Virus record (IMG/VR): IMGVR_UViG_3300025400_000022
Coordinates: 1-56,895 of that record
Reading direction: 5' to 3' (one strand)
DNA from: a virus
Taxonomy: Duplodnaviria > Caudoviricetes
DNA length: 56,895 bases
In this document: positions 14,267 to 22,923 of the stretch, in pieces
Layout of the letters: each line of letters opens with the position of its first letter
Position numbering within the stretch: the stretch's first letter is position 1
Made by a program: the position numbers and the translations under genes
The notes under the pieces: generated by a model
Database searches by the model: none
The model's input: the letters and a program-made list of their open reading frames with translations, nothing else
Told to the model about the DNA's origin: nothing

Positions 14267-14410
14267 TGCTACTCAATTCGTAGTTGTGTGATGCGGCATT
14301 GTTAGTGCCAACAACAATCCAAGTTTTTACAATCGGTTTGCCTGCGGGCTTTGGTTGCGAACTAGGGTGTCGCTTCATTGCTCGCTTGCGTTTTAGTGAT
14401 TTATAAAATC

Positions 14411-14872
14411 TCATGCCTTCAATTTCTTTTCTGCCTCTTCGGCCTTTTTCTTGCGTCGGTATTCGGCAATGTATTCACGATGTGCGGCCTTACATGGGTC
14501 ACACATTGGCTCAAGCCGCTTGTTGTGAAGGATGTAGCCCTTCTCAGTGCCGTGAGCAATGGGAACGTCCGAAACAAGGTCTCCTCGCTTTTGAGCACGG
14601 CGCTCTTTCTGCAACTGCTTATTGATTGTACGGTCAAAAAACGGCTGAGAAATGCCAAGCGCACGACGCTTTGCGTATCGCTCTCGTTCTGTTGTGCCCG
14701 CCCAAAATCCGTAATGCTCGTACTGCATTGCTTGCTTTAAACACTGCTCCTTTACGGGGCAAACATCACAAAGTTCGTAGCATTCTTCTGACGGCTCTTC
14801 TGCAAAGAAATCAAGCCCGCTGTTTCGACAAGCGGCATCGTCTGCCCATTCATAGTTGCGAATTGGTTCCAT
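14411..14872 (-). CDS. whiB: WhiB-family regulator with C-terminal HGT..GY..H..C..C module
   Basis: W...AAC..DFF..CDVCPVKEQC...A...GFWAGTTERER. Confidence 0.88.
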   Translation of the reverse strand: MEPIRNYEWADDAACRNSGLDFFAEEPSEECYELCDVCPVKEQCLKQAMQYEHYGFWAGTTERERYAKRRALGISQPFFDRTINKQLQKERRAQKRGDLVSDVPIAHGTEKGYILHNKRLEPMCDPCKAAHREYIAEYRRKKKAEEAEKKLKA

Positions 14873-15075
14873 TAGATAGAAAACCAATCTTCTGGCAGTT
14901 CCCAGTCTTCGACGTTTCCAAGTCGCACCATGTGGGCGCAGGGGTCTAGGCCCTCGTCCCAAGCACGCTCTTCGGATTCATGCAAAGGGTAGGCATCGTG
15001 GGTCATGCAAAACTGCTCACTGCAAAACCCCTTCTCCATACCAATCTTGTACCATTGTTCAAACGTTATTTCCAT
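14872..15075 (-). CDS. Hypothetical protein (C..HD..P...DPC.H motif)
   Basis: RBS AGAAAGGA; TAATG coupling. Confidence 0.75.
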   Translation of the reverse strand: MEITFEQWYKIGMEKGFCSEQFCMTHDAYPLHESEERAWDEGLDPCAHMVRLGNVEDWELPEDWFSI

Positions 15076-15089
15076 TTTGTTCCTTTCTG

Positions 15090-15590
15090 TTAAAAACACT
15101 CTTTGTCTGCTGACCACTCGGGCAAAAATCCCCCGTTGGCTTTATACACTGCTACTGCTACTGCGTCTTGCTCAGGACCACTCGCATTCTGAGCAAGTGC
15201 CGCATACTTTAAGCCACCGTAGTGAGCCCAAATGTAGTCGGCAAATTGGTAAAGCCCTCCATCACCAGAGTAAACATTTACGCTTGTCGGGTGATTGGTT
15301 GATTCGTGAAACCGGATGCACGCAAAGGCTGCTTGGGCTGAGAGCGGAATCGAGGCAATGGGGCTTGACGCTGAAGGCCAGTAGGCCGTTGAGTCCGTTG
15401 CCCTTGTGTCCCATTCGTTTCCTGCACTAAGTTTTGCTGCTGGTTTTGAGGCTGGCTCTGGGAACTTGATTTCAAGAATAGCCTCTGTTGTTTTAATGTT
15501 TGCTTTGTCATTTGCATCAATTGTACCATGGTTAGCACTATGATTGCAAATCAATGTGGCAATAAAAATTGCCGCTATTACGTTTTTCAT
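15090..15590 (-). CDS. Secreted Rpf-like / lysozyme-fold transglycosylase
   Basis: Signal-peptide-like N-terminus; CIRFHES..N...GGLYQF...W..YGG..A..AS..EQ..VA. Confidence 0.8.
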   Translation of the reverse strand: MKNVIAAIFIATLICNHSANHGTIDANDKANIKTTEAILEIKFPEPASKPAAKLSAGNEWDTRATDSTAYWPSASSPIASIPLSAQAAFACIRFHESTNHPTSVNVYSGDGGLYQFADYIWAHYGGLKYAALAQNASGPEQDAVAVAVYKANGGFLPEWSADKECF

Positions 15591-16093
15591 TACAGCCTTT
15601 CTCTAGCGGCACAATGAAGATTTTTCACAGGCCCAGAGACGCTGGTGGAATACTTGATTGCTGCTTCCACTGCGCCGGTTAGCGCACCCTTGTTCAACTC
15701 TTTGCGACCTTCTAGGTAGCCAAGAGCGTAGGGCGAACCGGAACCCACTGCCATAAACGGTGAGTTCAATTGAAGAACCGAAAAGTCATTCTGAATAATG
15801 ACCAACGGTTTTCCGGGCCACGCACAAAGAATCTCCATGTCAGACATAGAGGATTCTTCGCCCGTAATCCCTTTAAGCAAATCCACAATGTTTTGTGGAG
15901 TGCAGTTTTCGGACTTCAAGGAAGCAACGAGGTTGATTACTCGCCACGACCCTGCAACTCCGATTAACCCATTGCCGGCATGTTTGATTGCCTTGGGCGT
16001 CTTTACTTCAAAAATCATTCCGTCGCCGGAAGCACCGGAGTCGAAAGACATTGAGCATTCGTCTTTGTTTGTGTATGCAACGATGACACTCAT
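15590..16093 (-). CDS. HslV/proteasome-beta-like Ntn-hydrolase fold protein
   Basis: MSVIVA..DS..K..LIGVAGS..AVGSGSPYALG.L..AVEAAIK..SV.GP. Confidence 0.78.
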   Translation of the reverse strand: MSVIVAYTNKDECSMSFDSGASGDGMIFEVKTPKAIKHAGNGLIGVAGSWRVINLVASLKSENCTPQNIVDLLKGITGEESSMSDMEILCAWPGKPLVIIQNDFSVLQLNSPFMAVGSGSPYALGYLEGRKELNKGALTGAVEAAIKYSTSVSGPVKNLHCAARERL

Positions 16094-17289
16094 CAGTCCC
16101 ACACGCCATCAAACAAGAACTGACGGTCACGCAAAATACGGTCAGGCCAGTCTACACCCTGCAAACGGTCGCCACGGAAACGCTTTACATGGAGCATGGT
16201 CTTATCCACTTCGTCCTTGTAGAGCGAGATACCGGTCTCAGGCCACGCCATCCATCGTTGCGAACCCATAGGGGTGAGTTCACGCTCGCCCTTGGCACCC
16301 TTGGCGGCGTGGTGCTCCATGACCAAAGCAAAGTCGTATGTTGTGCGCAGTTTGTCAAGTACCGCCATTGCGCCGTCGGCAGAGTCTTCGTAGGTCTCGT
16401 TAGCCCCACGTCGATACATCTTGTAAATGGGTCCAATGCATACCAACTCTGGTCGGTGCGCCGCAATCTCACGCTGAATCTCAGCGAGGTCAGACAACTT
16501 GCGAATCTCAATGCCACCGGGACGACGGAAAAACTTCAGTCGGCTCTCGTCGTAGTTATCGCCCACACGCTCACGAAGCATGTTCATAAATGGAACACCG
16601 GTTTGGGTAATGGCCTGCGTAGGGTTCTCGAGGTCAATGATGAGCGCCCGAACTGGCGGAATCTCACGGTGACTAAACGGGTGAACGCCCTGCGACGCAG
16701 CCATCGCAATGGTGCGAAGAATCATTGACTTACCGGCACCTTCCTCGGCCACAACAATTGTGCGGCTTTCACGGGTCATCATGCCGGGGATAACAATAGG
16801 CGCAATGGAATCAGCGTTCATCTCAAGTTCGCTCATCGTCATTGCTTCGGGCTGAACTGAGCGTACAGCACCGACGCCAGCAATAACATTGCCCATTGTC
16901 TGAGCCACTTCGTATGGACTGCCACCAGTCTCAATAGAATCTTGAGCCTTCTGCAAATCGGAGAGCAAACGCCGAGCGGCGGCGTGCTTCGCAACAATAG
17001 CGGCGTAACCATCGGCGTTGTTTGCCGAGGGGCAGTTGACCGACATGCTGACAATGGTTGAAACCAACGAACTGTTGTTGAGTTCCGCCGAAATCGTCAC
17101 GGGGTCGACCTTTTCGCCACGACTAAAAATGTTGCAAATGGCACCAAAAATGTCGGAGTTGCGAGGACGGTAAAAGTCCTCAGCCGTCACAAGGTCTGCG
17201 GCGGTGATAATAGCCCCCACCGAAAGAATCATTGCTCCAATGAGCGAATCCTCGGCAACCAAGTCATGTGGAATCTTCTTTTCTGTCAT
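16093..17289 (-). CDS. Replicative helicase: DnaB N-terminal domain plus RecA-fold ATPase
   Basis: PHD..AE.SLIGAM..EDFY.P....IF.AI..VDPVT; Walker A AEEGAGKS; IDLEN; MEHHA.K; P.GS..W. Confidence 0.88.
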   Translation of the reverse strand: MTEKKIPHDLVAEDSLIGAMILSVGAIITAADLVTAEDFYRPRNSDIFGAICNIFSRGEKVDPVTISAELNNSSLVSTIVSMSVNCPSANNADGYAAIVAKHAAARRLLSDLQKAQDSIETGGSPYEVAQTMGNVIAGVGAVRSVQPEAMTMSELEMNADSIAPIVIPGMMTRESRTIVVAEEGAGKSMILRTIAMAASQGVHPFSHREIPPVRALIIDLENPTQAITQTGVPFMNMLRERVGDNYDESRLKFFRRPGGIEIRKLSDLAEIQREIAAHRPELVCIGPIYKMYRRGANETYEDSADGAMAVLDKLRTTYDFALVMEHHAAKGAKGERELTPMGSQRWMAWPETGISLYKDEVDKTMLHVKRFRGDRLQGVDWPDRILRDRQFLFDGVWD

Positions 17290-17300
17290 CTCGCTCCTAT

Positions 17301-18299
17301 CTACTTAAGCCAGTAACTACCGGAACGACGAACACCCTGTGCATCCAAAGCGTATGTAGTTCCGTCACCGGCAAGCAACTCACCTTTTGAGTTGGTAGGA
17401 CGAGTATACCCGTATTTTGCAGGGTTGTCAAGTCGAACTTCGTTGTTCTTGGGGTCTTTCCACTCACTGCCGGCATCGTAGGCGTCGTAAATAACCGCCA
17501 AAACCCTTTGTTCGTCTGTAAGTTCGACCTCAACGGTGTTTGATTCCGTACCGCCAACAAATTCTCGCCAACGCTCGGTGTGACCAAAAAATGTCTGTGC
17601 GTAAATTGTGTAAGCAGGGTCTTCGCCCTTACGGCTCAAAGCATAATTCTGAGCGGCAAGAAGAAGCAACGCAGGTTCAACTCCACGCTTGACCGTGGCG
17701 CTGTACTTTTCAAAAGCCCCGGCCTTGGCATCGTGACGTGGGTAAAACTTCCACATCTCCTCAAAAGCATCAGGGTATGAAGCACGTGGCTTACGTGGCA
17801 CCGGCTTCTTCGTATCAACTGTTGGGGATATTGTATTAATATTATTAGTATTAATATACCCCTCCTCACTGGTGACGACCCCCCTCCTCACTGGTGAGGA
17901 CCCATTACCGGTTGGTAAGGCCGGCCACAGGTAGTAGATGTTGCCAACTTGACGACCGTTTGAAAACGAATGCACAATTTGAAGCGCACCGGCATCACGA
18001 AGTTCGTAAATAGTACGCTCAGCAGTGCTGTCGCTAACGTCGAGAAGCGTCGCAATGGAGCGATGACTCGTCCCCGGGATGCTCAACGACCCATTCAATG
18101 CGCCACGAAGATAAGCCCATAGGCGCACCGCTCGGCTCGAGAGCGTGTCATGTGTTAAAATCCATACAGGAATTGATACCGACGTATCACCCGTTACGTC
18201 CCCCACCAACGTGTTATCTCCAAACTTCAGCGAAGCAACTATTTGCTTGCCGTCTTTTGAGTAACGCCGTGGCTGTTGTTCTTTCACTCGTTCTGTCAT
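17301..18299 (-). CDS. Replication initiator-like protein with N-terminal HTH
   Basis: LSSRAVRLW.YL..S...IA..L.VS..T..R.I.EL..AG; FE..W..YPR..K..A; YAQTFF; directly upstream of the helicase. Confidence 0.78.
   Translation of the reverse strand: MTERVKEQQPRRYSKDGKQIVASLKFGDNTLVGDVTGDTSVSIPVWILTHDTLSSRAVRLWAYLRGALNGSLSIPGTSHRSIATLLDVSDSTAERTIYELRDAGALQIVHSFSNGRQVGNIYYLWPALPTGNGSSPVRRGVVTSEEGYINTNNINTISPTVDTKKPVPRKPRASYPDAFEEMWKFYPRHDAKAGAFEKYSATVKRGVEPALLLLAAQNYALSRKGEDPAYTIYAQTFFGHTERWREFVGGTESNTVEVELTDEQRVLAVIYDAYDAGSEWKDPKNNEVRLDNPAKYGYTRPTNSKGELLAGDGTTYALDAQGVRRSGSYWLK
17828..17918. other. Candidate replication origin (iterons plus AT-rich tract) inside the initiator gene
   Basis: CCCCTCCTCACTGGTGA at 17859-17875 and 17881-17897; AT-rich 17828-17858 containing two GTATTAATAT. 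Confidence 0.6.
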
Positions 18300-18351
18300 A
18301 GGCCATCAACCTTACACCATAAACACCCCCCGTGTCAAGCGTCCACCTCCT

Positions 18352-18373
18352 AGAACATTTGTTCTGATACACT
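18352..18373 (+). promoter_or_regulatory. LexA/SOS box abutting the extended -10 of recA
   Basis: AGAAC-ATTT-GTTCT (GAAC-N4-GTTC) at 18352-18365; TGATACACT at 18365-18373. Confidence 0.75.
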
Positions 18374-18397
18374 TGAGAGACGAAAGAAGGGTTGCTA

Positions 18398-19417
18398 ATG
18401 GCAAAAAAGACAGATACTGCCTCTATTTTAGACGCAGTTATGGCACAAATTGACAAAGACTTTGGTGAAGGGTCTATTGTACGACTGAGTAACGACAAGG
18501 TTTCACCCGTAGAAGTTATTTCTACTGGCGTGCTTCCGTTGGACATGGCGCTGGGCGCTGGCGGTCTTCCGCTGGGCCGAATCGTTGAGTTCTACGGGCC
18601 GCCCTCATCAGGCAAATCAACGCTGGCGATGCACTCAATTGCAGAAGCGCAGAAGCAGGGCAAAGTGTGTGCGTACATTGACGCTGAGCACGCTATTGAC
18701 CCTGTGTATGCCAAGGCTCTTGGTGTGAACTTAGACGAATTGCTTTTGTCTCAGCCCAGCACTGCCGAGGAAGGCTTGGAGATTACTATTCGCCTTGCAG
18801 AGACCGGAATGGTTTCCGTAATTGTGGTGGACTCCGTTGCCGCTTTGACCCCCCGCGCCGAACTTGAGGGCGAAATGGGCGATGCCAACGTCGGCCTTCA
18901 GGCTCGCCTTATGGGTAAGGCGTTGCGCAAGTTGGCCGGTCCCGCGTTTGACAACAACACACTGGTTATCTTTATCAATCAGTTGCGAGAGTCAATTGGC
19001 AAGATGTACGGGCCGTCTGAATACACCCCAGGCGGCAAGGCGTTGCCTTACTACGCATCAGTTCGCTTGGACATTCGACGAATCAAGACCATCACTAAGG
19101 GCGACGAAGCAACGGCTAACCGCACAAAGGTCAAGGTTGTCAAGAACAAGATTGCCGCACCGTATCGTGTTGCAGAGTTTGACCTTGAGTACGGCGTTGG
19201 CGTCCCAAAGGCTAACGCGTTGATTGACTGCGCCACCGATGTAGGCGTGTTGCAGTCTCGTGGCGCTTGGATTTACTACGATGGCGAGCAGTTTGCAAAC
19301 GGGCGTGCAAAGGCTAAGGCAAAGATTGAGTCCGACCCAGCGTTGTACGAAGAGTTGTACCAGCGTGTATTAGCACTAATCAACGTCACTAAGGCACTGG
19401 ACGAAAACGATGAGTGA
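18398..19417 (+). CDS. recA: RecA recombinase
   Basis: ISTG..LD.ALG.GGLP.GRIVE.YGP.SSGKST, IDAEHA.DP.YA, VVDSVAALTPRAE.EG.MGD, FINQLRE, TPGGKAL..YASVRLDIRR. Confidence 0.98.
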   Translation: MAKKTDTASILDAVMAQIDKDFGEGSIVRLSNDKVSPVEVISTGVLPLDMALGAGGLPLGRIVEFYGPPSSGKSTLAMHSIAEAQKQGKVCAYIDAEHAIDPVYAKALGVNLDELLLSQPSTAEEGLEITIRLAETGMVSVIVVDSVAALTPRAELEGEMGDANVGLQARLMGKALRKLAGPAFDNNTLVIFINQLRESIGKMYGPSEYTPGGKALPYYASVRLDIRRIKTITKGDEATANRTKVKVVKNKIAAPYRVAEFDLEYGVGVPKANALIDCATDVGVLQSRGAWIYYDGEQFANGRAKAKAKIESDPALYEELYQRVLALINVTKALDENDE

Positions 19418-19634
19418 GAAGAACGCACAAAAAAACAATCAAGTTCGAGTTGCGGAAGCAATCAAGATGTGGTATATTGGACATACGTACGGACCGAGTT
19501 ACCGAGACATTTCCCGCATTACGGGCATTTCTCTTGGCACCGTGTTCAACGTGTGCAAGGAATTAAAAGAAACAAATGTAATTGAATTAAACGAAAAGGT
19601 GGCAAGGTCCATCAAACTGAAAGGAACAGAGTGA
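19410..19634 (+). CDS. Stand-alone LexA-like N-terminal DNA-binding domain
   Basis: I......YGPSYRDI....GIS..TV....KEL.E...IE.....ARSI matches the LexA wHTH pattern; 74 aa, no peptidase domain. Confidence 0.72.
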   Translation: MSEKNAQKNNQVRVAEAIKMWYIGHTYGPSYRDISRITGISLGTVFNVCKELKETNVIELNEKVARSIKLKGTE

Positions 19635-20665
19635 ACAAAGTAGAAGTAATCCCCGTATGGGATATGAGCAATGATGAGTGGCTCGAGGCTCGCAAGGGCG
19701 GAATCGGTGGCTCAGACGCAGGCACTATTGTCGGCGTAAACAAGTACAAGTCAGCCTACGCATTGTGGGGCGAGAAGACCGGCATCATGCCCACTGAATT
19801 TAGTGGTAACGATGCGACTGATTGGGGTCACGACCTCGAGCGTCCTATTGCGGCTCACTATGCACGTAAGCACAACAAGGCTGTAGTTGAGTGGCCCGTC
19901 ATTCTTCGTTCGCTCGAAGAGGGGCGTGAGTTCATGTTTGCCAACCTTGACTTCTTGATTGTGGAGCCCAGCGAGGAATTCCCTGCCGGCACAGTTCAGA
20001 CGTGGCGCTTTGCTACGCCCCCGCCCAACGTTGAAGGCATTCTTGAAGTCAAGACCGCTGGTATTGCTAGCCCCGGTAATCCCGGTGCATGGGCGTACAA
20101 CAACATTCCCGAGAGTTACATGTTGCAGGGGTACCACTACGGTATCGTGGCTGGTTTCCATGAAGTGCCAAAGATTACGTTTGCGGCGCTTATTGGTGGT
20201 CAGGGCTTGCAGGTTCGTGAGATGGAATGGAACCAGAACATTGCCGACAACCTTATTATTGCCGAGGCGGAGTTTTGGGAGCAGGTCGTAACAAAGACCG
20301 CGCCACCTACAGACGGTAGCGAGGCGACCGAAGCCGCACAACGTCAGCGTTATCCTCGCCACGAAGAAGGCAAGTTTGTTGAAGCAGAGGTAGACCTTCT
20401 CGCTTTGATTGCCGAGTTTGAGGCCGCTAAGGAAGAAGCAGATGCCGCCGACGCTAAGCGCAAGGCTCTGCGCGCACAGATTGTTGAATTGGTAGGCGAT
20501 GCCGAATCAGCCAAGTACAACGGGACCGTGCTGCTTACCTACAAGGCCGGCAAGGAAGTTGAAAGCCTTGACGCAGACCGAATCAAGAAGGAAGCACCCG
20601 AAATCTGGGAACGGTTCAAAAAGGTTCGTCCCGGTGCACGCACTCTTCGGATTAATTCTAAATAA
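19631..20665 (+). CDS. YqaJ-family (lambda-exonuclease-like) nuclease
   Basis: WLEARK.GIGGSDA..I.G.NKY, WGH.LE..IA, ANLD, LEVKT, IP..Y..Q..HY. Confidence 0.93.
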   Translation: MNKVEVIPVWDMSNDEWLEARKGGIGGSDAGTIVGVNKYKSAYALWGEKTGIMPTEFSGNDATDWGHDLERPIAAHYARKHNKAVVEWPVILRSLEEGREFMFANLDFLIVEPSEEFPAGTVQTWRFATPPPNVEGILEVKTAGIASPGNPGAWAYNNIPESYMLQGYHYGIVAGFHEVPKITFAALIGGQGLQVREMEWNQNIADNLIIAEAEFWEQVVTKTAPPTDGSEATEAAQRQRYPRHEEGKFVEAEVDLLALIAEFEAAKEEADAADAKRKALRAQIVELVGDAESAKYNGTVLLTYKAGKEVESLDADRIKKEAPEIWERFKKVRPGARTLRINSK

Positions 20666-20666
20666 T

Positions 20667-20699
20667 GAACTTGACACGTTCAAGTTCGTATGGTATAGT
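20667..20699 (+). promoter_or_regulatory. Promoter with inverted repeat over the -35 box
   Basis: TTGACA 20671-20676, 17 bp, TATAGT 20694-20699; GAACTTGA-N5-TCAAGTTC at 20667-20687. Confidence 0.8.
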
Positions 20700-20727
20700 G
20701 GTTACACCTCTAAAGAAAGGAATGTAA

Positions 20728-21414
20728 ATGAAGAGTGATTCAATCAAGAATCTTGCAGTTGCTCTTGCCGCTGCGCAAGGGGAGTTTTCAGCAGTACCCA
20801 AGGGAGCGGACAACCCGTTCTTCAAGAGCAAGTACGCCGCATTGCCGGACGTAGTTGCCACGGCGACACCAGTGTTGTCTAAGAATGGTTTGTCTGTCGC
20901 TCAGTTCGTTGACTCTGACGACCTCGGTGACTTACTCACCACGTATTTGCTTCACTCATCGGGTGAGTTCATTAGTCACTCAATGCGACTTCACGTTGCT
21001 AAGTCTAATGACCCACAATCACAGGGTAGCGCCATTACCTACGCTCGTCGTTACAGTTACATGGCGGCGCTCGGTTTGGTTGCAGACAATGACGACGACG
21101 GCAACGCCGCTACGTTTGCCGCTGATGTTCAGAAGGCTTTTGTAAAGCCCGCTCAGTCTGCTCCACCAAAGCAGTCGCTTGACTCTAAGGTTGCAAGTGC
21201 AGCCGGACAGCCAGCGCCAGCCAAGGCTTCGGGTATGGCTACCGAGAAGATGACCCGCATGATTTGGGCCATCTGCCACAAGACGCTTAACTTTGACGAC
21301 GCACAGCAGTTCGCTACCGTGTCAGAAGTCATCGGGCGTGAAATTAGTGACCTTACCAAGTTGACCTTTGACGAGGCCAAGAAGGTCATCGAACACCTAC
21401 AATCACTTCAGTAA
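20728..21414 (+). CDS. erf: ERF-family single-strand annealing protein
   Basis: NPFFKSKYA.L..V, L.H.SGE, PQ..GSAITYARRYS..A.LG...D.DDDGN. Confidence 0.93.
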   Translation: MKSDSIKNLAVALAAAQGEFSAVPKGADNPFFKSKYAALPDVVATATPVLSKNGLSVAQFVDSDDLGDLLTTYLLHSSGEFISHSMRLHVAKSNDPQSQGSAITYARRYSYMAALGLVADNDDDGNAATFAADVQKAFVKPAQSAPPKQSLDSKVASAAGQPAPAKASGMATEKMTRMIWAICHKTLNFDDAQQFATVSEVIGREISDLTKLTFDEAKKVIEHLQSLQ

Positions 21415-21429
21415 CAGAAAGGACTTAAC

Positions 21430-21843
21430 ATGTCATCAACAATCACCATTACAGGCAACATTACCCGTGACCCTGAACTCAAGTTCGGCAATAGCGGCAT
21501 GGCAACGGTTCGCTTTGGCGTAGCCGAAACCTACAAGAACAAGGAGAAGGAACACACCAGTTTCTACGACGTGGTTGCTTTCGGCAAGAGCGCCGAAAAC
21601 ATTCACGCTTCTTTGGTCAAGGGTTCTGGCGTCATCGTCAAGGGTCGTCAGGAAGTTCGTGAATACGAGCGTAACGACGGCTCCAAGGGCACCAGCGTTC
21701 AGGTGGTAGCCGACGAAGTGGGCGCACTGCTCCGCTTTGCAACGGTTTCAATCACCAAGAACGAGCGTTCCGCACCCAATGGTTTCAACCAGCCCAACCG
21801 TGACGTTAACAACGGAAACGTTTGGGACGACGACCAGTTTTAG
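21430..21843 (+). CDS. ssb: Single-stranded DNA-binding protein
   Basis: ITITGN.TRDPEL.F..SG, F.DVVAFGK.AEN...SL.KG..VIV.GR, acidic C-terminal tail. Confidence 0.95.
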   Translation: MSSTITITGNITRDPELKFGNSGMATVRFGVAETYKNKEKEHTSFYDVVAFGKSAENIHASLVKGSGVIVKGRQEVREYERNDGSKGTSVQVVADEVGALLRFATVSITKNERSAPNGFNQPNRDVNNGNVWDDDQF

Positions 21844-21851
21844 GTTGAACC

Positions 21852-22214
21852 ATGTCTGATTACTCCGCTCCGCTTACCTACAAAAATATTGAGTCTTCCA
21901 TCTTGCATTCGGTTGACCGAATGGACGAATTGACCAAGATTTTTGCGGGGACGGCGGACGAGTACGGCAGAGCAGAAGCGGCCTTCAAGTCAGCCTATGC
22001 CAAAAGCCGTCTAAATGCCCGTATCGCCGGCCCAATTAACGGGGTAAAGGTAACTTCCGATATGGCTGAAGACATTGCTACAGTGGACACAGAAGTGGAG
22101 CGAATGGCAATGGAAGCGGCAAAGGCAAAAAATGATTCTACGCGTCAGGCGCTTATGTCTGTACGTAGTAGACTAGAAGTGTTAAGAAGTCTTATGGCTT
22201 CTTATCGAGACTAG
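21852..22214 (+). CDS. Helical/coiled-coil hypothetical protein
   Basis: Packed ORF in the recombination operon. Confidence 0.75.
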   Translation: MSDYSAPLTYKNIESSILHSVDRMDELTKIFAGTADEYGRAEAAFKSAYAKSRLNARIAGPINGVKVTSDMAEDIATVDTEVERMAMEAAKAKNDSTRQALMSVRSRLEVLRSLMASYRD

Positions 22215-22222
22215 GAGGCTTT

Positions 22223-22375
22223 ATGTACGAAGAAGAGTTGCAAAAGTACATCTTGACGCTGGAAAAGCAAATCGAGGATTTGAACATTCAGATTGAGATG
22301 CTACAAACCTCTCTGCGTGAGTCGCACCGACTTAACGCAATTCTAAATACACAACAGCAACACATCGACTTTTAG
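22223..22375 (+). CDS. Small coiled-coil protein (50 aa)
   Basis: RBS AGGAGG. Confidence 0.65.
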   Translation: MYEEELQKYILTLEKQIEDLNIQIEMLQTSLRESHRLNAILNTQQQHIDF

Positions 22376-22768
22376 TTGGAGCGCAAGAAGCCCCTCGTTG
22401 CCCGCAAGGGATTACAACGGGGGGTTTCGTTGCGTCAAAATACAGGTCTAAAAAGCAAAAAAGGGCTAACAACGAAAAAATCGCTGTCGCCCCGTTCCAA
22501 AAAAACAAAAGAAGTCTACAAAGAACGTTCTGCATTTGTTGCATCGTTCTTTGCAGCAAACCCACATTGCCAAGCACGGTGGGATAATGAATGCTCTGGG
22601 CGTTCTGTGGACGTCCATGAGGTGTTACCCCGCGGCGCAGGGGGTGCTATACTAAGCGAAGATTTAAGTCAATTTATGGCTGTGTGTCGCTACTGCCACA
22701 CCATGATTACAGACAACCCCGCAGAAGCGCATAGAAGAGGATTTAGAAAATGGTCATGGGAAAAGTAA
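22376..22768 (+). CDS. HNH-like endonuclease
   Basis: CQA....C....DVHE..PR..GG......AVCR.CH..I. Confidence 0.78.
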   Translation: MERKKPLVARKGLQRGVSLRQNTGLKSKKGLTTKKSLSPRSKKTKEVYKERSAFVASFFAANPHCQARWDNECSGRSVDVHEVLPRGAGGAILSEDLSQFMAVCRYCHTMITDNPAEAHRRGFRKWSWEK

Positions 22769-22923
22769 AAAAGCACATCGTAGAAGTGGTTTTTGAGAAG
22801 GGCACGTACAACACTGTTTGCTCATGCCATTGGAGCGGAAAGTATAAGACGCGCTCCCTGGCCCATTCAGCGGGCCATCTCCACATCTCGGAATCATTCG
22901 GTGCCAATGCTACCGGAGTTTAA
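22756..22923 (+). CDS. Small protein with CxC..H..H motif (55 aa)
   Basis: Fills the gap between HNH and WhiB with short overlaps. Confidence 0.5.
   Translation: MGKVKKHIVEVVFEKGTYNTVCSCHWSGKYKTRSLAHSAGHLHISESFGANATGV

Noticed and set aside
14253-14378. 41-aa minus-strand ORF between whiB and the HGG-motif gene
   Set aside because: No convincing RBS or motif; cannot be supported from sequence alone.
18398-19417. Intein or intron in recA, or host DNA contamination
   Set aside because: Normal length with contiguous motifs; it overlaps phage-type neighbours and shares their sequence style.
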